A model generated the notes under the pieces. It had not been told where the DNA came from. It did not search any database and saw only the letters and a list, made by a program, of their open reading frames with translations. Shown one piece after another: positions 52,301 through 62,400 of a stretch of 64,000 nt of DNA. Source of the DNA: Eledone cirrhosa (taxonomy: Eukaryota); assembly GCA_964016885.1 (NCBI GenBank), contig OZ024744.1, positions 47,430,001 through 47,494,000 on the forward strand, read 5' to 3'. A program made the translations under genes and the position numbers. Position 1 is the first letter of the stretch. Every line of letters begins with the position of its first letter.

Positions 52301-53470
52301 TTACAGTGTGGGCTGGGTTATTTTTGCAGTGTCTTTCACACGTCCACTTTACAGTGTGGGCTGCGTGCTTTTTGCTGTGTCTTTCACATGTCCACTTTAC
52401 AGTGCGGGCTGGGTGCTTTTTGTTGTGTCTTTCACATGTCCACTTTACAGTGTGGGCTGGGTGCTTTTTGCTGTGTCTTTCACACGTCCACTTTACAGTA
52501 TGGGCTGGGTGCCTTTTGCTGTGTCTTTCACACGTCCACTTTACAGTGTGGGCTCGGTGCTTTTTGCTGTGTCTTTCACATGTCCACTTTACAATGTGGG
52601 CTGGGTGCTTTTTGCTGTGTCTTTCACATGTCCACTTTACAGTGTGGGCTGGGTGCTTGTTGCTGTGTCTTTCTCACGTCCACTTTACAGTGTGGGCTGG
52701 GTGCTTTTTGCTGAGTCTTTCACATGTCCACTTTACAGTGTGGGCTGGGTGGTTGTTGCTGTGTCTTTCTCACGTCCACTTTACAGTGTGGGCTGGGTGC
52801 TTTTTGCTGTGTCTTTCACACGTCCACTTTACAGTTTGGGCTGCGTGCTTTTTGCTGTCTCTTTCACATGTCCACTTTACAGTGTGGGCTGGGTGCTTTT
52901 TGCTGTGTCTTTCACATGTCCACTTTACAATGTGGGCTGGGTGCTTTTTGCTCTGTCTTTCACATATCCACTTTACAGTGTGGATTGGGTGCTTTTTGTA
53001 GTGTCTTTCACACGTCCACTTTAGAGTGTGGGCTGGGTGCTTTTTGCTTTGTCTTTCACACGTCCACTTTACAGTGTGGGGTGGGTGCTTTTTGCTGTAT
53101 CTTTCACATATCCACTTTACAGTGTGGGTTGGGTGCTTTTTGCAGTGTCTTTCAAACGTCCACTTTACAGTGTGGCTGGGTGCTTTTTGCTGTGCCTTTC
53201 ACATGTCCACTTTACAGTGTGGGCTGGGTGGTTGTTGCTGTGTCTTTCTCACGTCCACTTTACAGTGTGGGCTGGGTGCTTTTTGCTGTGTCTTTCACAT
53301 GTCCACTTTACAGTGTGGGCTGTGTGCTTTTTGCAGTGTCTTTCACACGTCCACTTTACAGTGTGGGCTGGGTGCTTTTTGCTGTGTCTTTAACATGTCC
53401 ACTTTACAGTGTCGGCTGGGTGGTTGTTGCTGTGTCTTTCTCACGTCCGCTTTACAGTGTAGGCTGGGTG
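37300..53470. repeat. About 6.3 kb block duplication containing a nested 3406-bp duplication
   Basis: The rare variant ctttgaagtgtgtgctggg has its G at 40260, 46593 and 49999 (offsets 6333 = 132x48-3 and 3406 = 71x48-2). ORF pairs 40457/50196 and 40857/50596 are offset by 9739 = 6333+3406. Confidence 0.9.
43440..50360. repeat. Very recent 71-monomer (3406 bp) tandem duplication
   Basis: ORF pairs 43736/47142, 44152/47558, 44456/47862, 45127/48533 and 45863/49269 give identical translations at a constant offset of 3406. Both copies share the private variant cacgtcaaattt (~45622, ~49028). Confidence 0.92.
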
Positions 53471-56400
53471 CTTTTTGCTGTGTCTTTCACACGTCCACTT
53501 TACAGTGTGGGCTGTGTGCTTTTTGCTGTGTCTTTCACACGTCCACTTTACAGTGTGGGGTGGGTGCTTTTTGCTGTGTCTTTCACACGTCCACTTTACA
53601 GTGTGGGCTGGGTGCTTTTTGCTGTGTCTTTTACACGTCCACTTTACAGTATGGGCTGGGTGCTTTTTGCTGTGTCTTTCACACGTCCACTTTACAGTGT
53701 GGGCTGGGTGCTTTTTGCTTTGTCTTTCACACGTCCACTTTACAGTGTGGGGTGGGTGCTTTTTGCTGTATCTTTCACATATCCACTTTACACTGTGGGT
53801 TGGGTGCTTTTTGCAGTGTCTTTCAAACGTCCACTTTACAGTGTGGCTGGGTGCTTTTTGCTGTGTCTTTCACATGTCCACTTTATAGTGTGGGCTGGGT
53901 GCTTTTTGCAGTGTCTTTCACACGTCCACTTTACAGTGTGGGCTGGGTGCTTTTTGCTGTGTCTTTCACATGTCCACTTTACAGTGTGGGCTGGGTGCTT
54001 TTTGCTGTGTCTTTCACACGTCCACTTTACAGTGTGGGCTGGGTGATTTTTGCTGTGTCTTTCACATGTCCACTTTACAGTGTGGGCTGGGTGCTTTTTG
54101 CAGTGTCTATCACACGTCCACTTTAGAGTGTGGGCTGCGTGCTTTTTGCTGTGTCTTTCACATGTCCACATTACAATGTGGGCTGGGTGCTTTTTGCTGT
54201 ACCTTTCACATGTCCACTTTACAGTGTGGGCTGGGTGGTTGTTGCTGTGTCTTTCTCACGTCCACTTTACAGTGTGGGCTGGGTGCTTTTTGCTGTGTCT
54301 TTCACACGTCAACTTTACAGTGTGGGCTGTGTGATTTTTGCAGTGTCTTTCACACGTCCACTTTACAGTGTGGGCTGGGTGCTTTTTGCTGTGTCTTTAA
54401 CATGTCCACTTTACAGTGTCGGCTGGGTGATTTTTGTTGTGTCTTTCACAAGTCCACTTTACAGTGTGGGCTGGGTGCTTTTTACAGTGTCTTTCACATG
54501 TCCACTTTACAGTGTGGGCTGTGTTCTTTTTGCTGTGTCTTTCACATGTCCACTTTACAGTGTGGGCTGGGTGCTTTTTGCTGTGTCTTTCACACGTCCA
54601 CTTTACAGTGTGGGCTGGGTGCTTTTTGCAGTGTCTTTCACACGTCCACTTTACAGTGTGGGCTGGGTGCTTTTTGCTGTGTCTTTCACATGTCCACTTT
54701 ACAGTGTGGGTTGGGTGCTTTTGCTGTGTCTTTCACTTGTCCATTTTACAGTGTGGGCTGTGTGCTTTTTGCTGTGTCTTTCACATGTCCACTTTACAAT
54801 GTGGGCTGGGTGCTTTTTGCTGTGCCTTTCACATGTCCACTTTACAGTGTGGGCTGGGTAGTTGTTGCTGTGTCTTTCTCACGTCCATTTTACAGTGTGG
54901 GCTGGGTGCTTTTTGCTGTGTCTTTCACACGTCAACTTTACAGTGTGGGCTGGGTGCTTTTTGCTATGTCTTTCACATGTCCACTTTACAGTGTGGGCTG
55001 TGTGCTTTTTGCAGTGTCTTTCACATGTCCACTTTACAGTGTGGGCTGGGTGCTTTTTGCTGTGTCTTTAACATGACCACTTTACAGTGTCGGCTGGGTG
55101 ATTTTTGCTGTGTCTTTCACATGTCCACTTTACAGTGTGGGCTGGGTGCTTTTTACAGTGTCTTTCACACGTCCACTTTACAGTGTGGGCTGGGTGCTTT
55201 TTGCTGTGTCTTTCACATGTCCACTTTACAGTGTGGGCTGGGTGCTTTTTGCTGTGTCTTTCACATGTCCACTTTACAGTGTGGGCTGGGTGCTTTTTGC
55301 TGTGTCTTTCACATGTCCACTTTATAGTGTGGGCTGGGTGCTTTTTTCAGTGTCTTTCACACGTCCACCTTACAGTGTGGGCTGGGTGCTTTTTGCTGTG
55401 TCTTTCACATGTCCACTTTACAGTGTGGGCTGGGTGCTTTTTGCTGTGTCTTTCACACGTCCACTTTACAGTATGGGCTGGGTGCTTTTTGCTGTGTCTT
55501 TCACATGTCCAGTTTACAGTGTGGGCTGGGTGCCTTTTGCAGTGTCTTTCACATGTCCACTTTACAGTGTGGGCTGGGTGCTTTTTGCTGTGTCTTTCAC
55601 ACGTCCACTTTACAGTGTGGGGTGGGTGCTTTTTGCGGTGTCTTTCACACGTCCACTTTACAGTGTGGGCTGGGTGCTTTTTGCTGTGTCTTTCACACGT
55701 CCACTTTACAGTGTGGGCTGGCTGCTTTTTGCTGTGTCTTTCACACGTCCACTTTACAGTGTGGGGTGGGTGCTTTTTGCTCTGTCTTTCACATATCCAC
55801 TTTACAGTGTGGATTGGGTGCTTTTTGCAGTGTCTTTCACACGTCCACGTTACAGTGTGGGCTGGGTGCTTTTTGCCGTGTCTTTCACATGTCCACTTTA
55901 TAGTGTGGGCTGGGTGCTTTTTGCTGTGTCTTTCACACGTCCACTTTACAGTGTGGGCTGGGTGCTTTTTGCTGTGTCTTTCACACGTCCACTTTACAGT
56001 GTGGGCTGCGTGCTTTTTGCTGTGTCTTTCACATGTCCACTTTACAGTGCGGGCTGGGTGCTTTTTGCTGTGGCTTTCACATATCCACTTTACAGTGTGG
56101 GCTGGGTGCTTTTTGCTGTGTCTTTCACACGTCCACTTTACAGTATGGGCTGGGTGCTTTTTGCTGTGTCTTTCACACGTCCACTTTACAGTGTGGGATG
56201 GGTGCTTTTTGCTGTGTCTTTCACATGTCCACTTTAAAATGTGGGCTGGGTGCTTTTTGCTGTGTCTTTCACATCTCCACTTTACAGTGTGGGCTGGGTG
56301 CTTTTTTCAGTGTCTTTCTCACGTCCACTTTACAGTGTGGGCTGGGTGCTTTTTGCTGTGTCTTTCACATGTCCACTTTAGAGTGTGGGCTGGGTGCTTT

Positions 56401-59400
56401 TTGCAGTGTCTTTCACACGTCCACTTTACAGTTGGGCTGGGTGCTTTTTGCTGTGTCTTTCACATGTCCACTTTACAGTGTGGGCTAGGTGCTTTTTGTT
56501 GTGTCTTTCATTTGTCCACTTTACAGTGTGGGCTGGGTGCTTTTTGCTGTGTCTTTCACACGTCCACTTTACAGTGTGGGCTGTGTGCTTTTTGCCGTGT
56601 CTTTCACACGTCCACTTTACAGTGTGGGGTGGGTGCTTTTTGCTGTGTCTTTCACACGTCCACTTTACAGTGTGGGCTGGGTGCTTTTTGCTGTGTCTTT
56701 TACACGTCCACTTTACAGTATGGGCTGGGTGCTTTTTGCTGTGTCTTTCACACGTCCACATTACAGTGTGGGCTGGGTGCTTTTTGCTTTGTCTTTCACA
56801 CGTCCACTTTACAGTGTGGGGTGGGTGCTTTTTGCTGTATCTTTCACATATCCACTTTACAGTGTGGGTTGGGTGCTTTTTGCAGCGTCTTTCAAACGTC
56901 CACTTTACAGTGTGGCTGGGTGCTTTTTGCTGTGTCTTTCACATGTCCACTTTACACTGTGGGTTGGGTGCTTTTTGCAGTGTCTTTCAAACGTCCACTT
57001 TACAGTGTGGCTGGGTGCTTTTTGCTGTGTCTTTCACATGTCCACTTTATAGTGTGGGCTGGGTGCTTTTTGCAGTGTCTTTCACACGTCCACTTTACAG
57101 TGTGGGCTCGGTGCTTTTTGCTGTGTCTTTCACATGTCCACTTTACAATGTGGGCTGGGTGCTTTTTGCTGTGTCTTTCACATGTCCACTTTACAGTGTG
57201 GGCTGGGTGCTTGTTGCTGTGTCTTTCTCACGTCCACTTTACAGTGTGGGCTGGGTGCTTTTTGCTGAGTCTTTCACATGTCCACTTTACAGTGTGGGCT
57301 GGGTGGTTGTTGCTGTGTCTTTCTCACGTCCACTTTACAGTGTGGGCTGGGTGCTTTTTGCTGTGTCTTTCACACGTCCACTTTACAGTTTGGGCTGCGT
57401 GCTTTTTGCTGTCTCTTTCACATGTCCACTTTACAGTGTGGGCTGGGTACTTTTTGCTGTGTCTTTCACATGTCCACTTTACAATGTGGGCTGGGTGCTT
57501 TTTGCTCTGTCTTTCACATATCCACTTTACAGTGTGGATTGGGTGCTTTTTGTAGTGTCTTTCACACGTCCACTTTAGAGTGTGGGCTGGGTGCTTTTTG
57601 CTTTGTCTTTCACACGTCCACTTTACAGTGTGGGGTGGGTGCTTTTTGCTGTATCTTTCACATATCCACTTTACAGTGTGGGTTGGGTGCTTTTTGCAGT
57701 GTCTTTCAAACGTCCACTTTACAGTGTGGCTGGGTGCTTTTTGCTGTGCCTTTCACATGTCCACTTTACAGTGTGGGCTGGGTGGTTGTTGCTGTGTCTT
57801 TCTCACGTCCACTTTACAGTGTGGGCTGGGTGCTTTTTGCTGTGTCTTTCACATGTCCACTTTACAGTGTGGGCTGTGTGCTTTTTGCAGTGTCTTTCAC
57901 ACGTCCACTTTACAGTGTGGGCTGGGTGCTTTTTGCTGTGTCTTTAACATGTCCACTTTACAGTGTCGGCTGGGTGGTTGTTGCTGTGTCTTTCTCACGT
58001 CCACTTTACAGTGTAGGCTGGGTGCTTTTTGCTGTGTCTTTCACACGTCCACTTTACAGTGTGGGCTGTGTGCTTTTTGCTGTGTCTTTCACACGTCCAC
58101 TTTACAGTGTGGGGTGGGTACTTTTTGCTGTGTCTTTCACACGTCCACTTTACAGTGTGGGCTGGGTGCTTTTTGCTGTGTCTTTTACACGTCCACTTTA
58201 CAGTATGGGCTGGGTGCTTTTTGCTGTGTCTTTCACACGTCCACTTTACAGTGTGGGCTGGGTGCTTTTTGCTTTGTCTTTCACACGTCCACTTTACAGT
58301 GTGGGGTGGGTGCTTTTTGCTGTATCTTTCACATATCCACTTTACACTGTGGGTTGGGTGCTTTTTGCAGTGTCTTTCAAACGTCCACTTTACAGTGTGG
58401 CTGGGTGCTTTTTGCTGTGTCTTTCACATGTCCACTTTATAGTGTGGGCTGGGTGCTTTTTGCAGTGTCTTTCACACGTCCACTTTACAGTGTGGGCTGG
58501 GTGCTTTTTGCTGTGTCTTTCACATGTCCACTTTACAGTGTGGGCTGGGTGCTTTTTGCTGTGTCTTTCACACGTCCACTTTACAGTGTGGGCTGGGTGA
58601 TTTTTGCTGTGTCTTTCACATGTCCACTTTACAGTGTGGGCTGGGTGCTTTTTGCAGTGTCTATCACACGTCCACTTTAGAGTGTGGGCTGCGTGCTTTT
58701 TGCTGTGTCTTTCACATGTCCACATTACAATGTGGGCTGGGTGCTTTTTGCTGTACCTTTCACATGTCCACTTTACAGTGTGGGCTGGGTGGTTGTTGCT
58801 GTGTCTTTCTCACGTCCACTTTACAGTGTGGGCTGGGTGCTTTTTGCTGTGTCTTTCACACGTCAACTTTACAGTGTGGGCTGTGTGATTTTTGCAGTGT
58901 CTTTCACACGTCCACTTTACAGTGTGGGCTGGGTGCTTTTTGCTGTGTCTTTAACATGTCCACTTTACAGTGTCGGCTGGGTGATTTTTGTTGTGTCTTT
59001 CACAAGTCCACTTTACAGTGTGGGCTGGGTGCTTTTTACAGTGTCTTTCACATGTCCACTTTACAGTGTGGGCTGTGTTCTTTTTGCTGTGTCTTTCACA
59101 TGTCCACTTTACAGTGTGGGCTGGGTGCTTTTTGCTGTGTCTTTCACACGTCCACTTTACAGTGTGGGCTGGGTGCTTTTTGCAGTGTCTTTCACACGTC
59201 CACTTTACAGTGTGGGCTGGGTGCTTTTTGCTGTGTCTTTCACATGTCCACTTTACAGTGTGGGTTGGGTGCTTTTGCTGTGTCTTTCACTTGTCCATTT
59301 TACAGTGTGGGCTGTGTGCTTTTTGCTGTGTCTTTCACATGTCCACTTTACAATGTGGGCTGGGTGCTTTTTGCTGTGCCTTTCACATGTCCACTTTACA

Positions 59401-62400
59401 GTGTGGGCTGGGTAGTTGTTGCTGTGTCTTTCTCACGTCCATTTTACAGTGTGGGCTGGGTGCTTTTTGCTGTGTCTTTCACACGTCAACTTTACAGTGT
59501 GGGCTGGGTGCTTTTTGCTATGTCTTTCACATGTCCACTTTACAGTGTGGGCTGTGTGCTTTTTGCAGTGTCTTTCACATGTCCACTTTACAGTGTGGGC
59601 TGGGTGCTTTTTGCTGTGTCTTTAACATGACCACTTTACAGTGTCGGCTGGGTGATTTTTGCTGTGTCTTTCACATGTCCACTTTACAATGTGGGCTGGG
59701 TGCTTTTAACAGTGTCTTTCACACGTCCACTTTACAGTGTGGGCTGGGTGCTTTTTGCTGTGTCTTTCACATGTCCACTTTACAGTGTGGGCTGGGTGCT
59801 TTTGCTGTGTCTTTCACATGTCCACTTTACAGTGTGGGCTGGGTGCTTTTTGCTGTGTCTTTCACATGTCCACTTTATAGTGTGGGCTGGGTGCTTTTTT
59901 CAGTGTCTTTCACACGTCCACCTTACAGTGTGGGCTGGGTGCTTTTTGCTGTGTCTTTCACATGTCCACTTTACAGTGTGGGCTGGGTGCTTTTTGCTGT
60001 GTCTTTCACACGTCCACTTTACAGTATGGGCTGGGTGCTTTTTGCTGTGTCTTTCACATGTCCAGTTTACAGTGTGGGCTGGGTGCTTTTGCAGTGTCTT
60101 TCACATGTCCACTTTACAGTGTGGGCTGGGTGCTTTTTGCTGTGTCTTTCACACGTCCACTTTACAGTGTGGGGTGGGTGCTTTTTGCGGTGTCTTTCAC
60201 ACGTCCACTTTACAGTGTGGGCTGGGTGCTTTTTGCTGTGTCTTTCACACGTCCACTTTACAGTGTGGGCTGGCTGCTTTTTGCTGTGTCTTTCACACGT
60301 CCACTTTACAGTGTGGGGTGGGTGCTTTTTGCTCTGTCTTTCACATATCCACTTTACAGTGTGGATTGGGTGCTTTTTGCAGTGTCTTTCACACGTCCAC
60401 GTTACAGTGTGGGCTGGGTGCTTTTTGCCGTGTCTTTCACATGTCCACTTTATAGTGTGGGCTGGGTGCTTTTTGCTGTGTCTTTCACACGTCCACTTTA
60501 CAGTGTGGGCTGGGTGCTTTTTGCTGTGTCTTTCACACGTCCACTTTACAGTGTGGGCTGCGTGCTTTTTGCTGTGTCTTTCACATGTCCACTTTACAGT
60601 GCGGGCTGGGTGCTTTTTGCTGTGGCTTTCACATATCCACTTTACAGTGTGGGCTGGGTGCTTTTTGCTGTGTCTTTCACACGTCCACTTTACAGTATGG
60701 GCTGGGTGCTTTTTGCTGTGTCTTTCACACGTCCACTTTACAGTGTGGGATGGGTGCTTTTTGCTGTGTCTTTCACATGTCCACTTTACAATGTGGGCTG
60801 GGTGCTTTTTGCTGTGTCTTTCACATCTCCACTTTACAGTGTGGGCTGGGTGCTTTTTTCAGTGTCTTTCTCACGTCCACTTTACAGTGTGGGCTGGGTG
60901 CTTTTTGCTGTGTCTTTCACATGTCCACTTTAGAGTGTGGGCTGGGTGCTTTTTGCAGTGTCTTTCACACGTCCACTTTACAGTGTGGGCTGGGTGCTTT
61001 TTGCTGTGTCTTTCACATGTCCACTTTACAGTGTGGGCTAGGTGCTTTTTGTTGTGTCTTTCATTTGTCCACTTTACAGTGTGGGCTGGGTGCTTTTTGC
61101 TGTGTCTTTCACACGTCCACTTTACAGTGTGGGCTGTGTGCTTTTTGCCGTGTCTTTCACACGTCCACTTTACAGTGTGGGGTGGGTGCTTTTTGCTGTG
61201 TCTTTCACACGTCCACTTTACAGTGTGGGCTGGGTGCTTTTTGCTGTGTCTTTTACACGTCCACTTTACAGTATGGGCTGGGTGCTTTTTGCTGTGTCTT
61301 TCACACGTCCACATTACAGTGTGGGCTGGGTGCTTTTTGCTTTGTCTTTCACACGTCCACTTTACAGTGTGGGGTGGGTGCTTTTTGCTGTATCTTTCAC
61401 ATATCCACTTTACAGTGTGGGTTGGGTGCTTTTTGCAGCGTCTTTCAAACGTCCACTTTACAGTGTGGCTGGGTGCTTTTTGCTGTGTCTTTCACATGTC
61501 CACTTTACACTGTGGGTTGGGTGCTTTTTGCAGTGTCTTTCAAACGTCCACTTTACAGTGTGGCTGGGTGCTTTTTGCTGTGTCTTTCACATGTCCACTT
61601 TATAGTGTGGGCTGGGTGCTTTTTGCAGTGTCTTTCACACGTCCACTTTACAGTGTGGGCTGGGTGCTTTTTGCTGTGTCTTTCACATGTCCACTTTACA
61701 GTGTGGGCTGGGTGCTTTTTGCTGTGTCTTTCACACGTCCACTTTACAGTGTGGGCTGGGTGATTTTTGCTGTGTCTTTCACATGTCCACTTTACAGTGT
61801 GGGCTGGGTGCTTTTTGCAGTGTCTATCACACGTCCACTTTAGAGTGTGGGCTGCGTGCTTTTTGCTGTGTCTTTCACATGTCCACATTACAATGTGGGC
61901 TGGGTGCTTTTTGCTGTACCTTTCACATGTCCACTTTACAGTGTGGGCTGGGTGGTTGTTGCTGTGTCTTTCTCACGTCCACTTTACAGTGTGGGCTGGG
62001 TGCTTTTTGCTGTGTCTTTCACACGTCAACTTTACAGTGTGGGCTGTGTGATTTTTGCAGTGTCTTTCACACGTCCACTTTACAGTGTGGGCTGGGTGCT
62101 TTTTGCTGTGTCTTTAACATGTCCACTTTACAGTGTCGGCTGGGTGATTTTTGTTGTGTCTTTCACAAGTCCACTTTACAGTGTGGGCTGGGTGCTTTTT
62201 ACAGTGTCTTTCACATGTCCACTTTACAGTGTGGGCTGTGTTCTTTTTGCTGTGTCTTTCACATGTCCACTTTACAGTGTGGGCTGGGTGCTTTTTGCTG
62301 TGTCTTTCACACGTCCACTTTACAGTGTGGGCTGGGTGCTTTTTGCAGTGTCTTTCACACGTCCACTTTACAGTGTGGGCTGGGTGCTTTTTGCTGTGTC

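Noticed and set aside
1133-61888. Minus-strand KWTCERHSKKHPAHTV or plus-strand QCG..AF repeats as zinc-finger arrays
   Set aside because: The period is 16 aa rather than the 28 aa of C2H2 arrays. There is no C-x2-C-x12-H-x3-H spacing or TGEKP linker, and common variants introduce stops.
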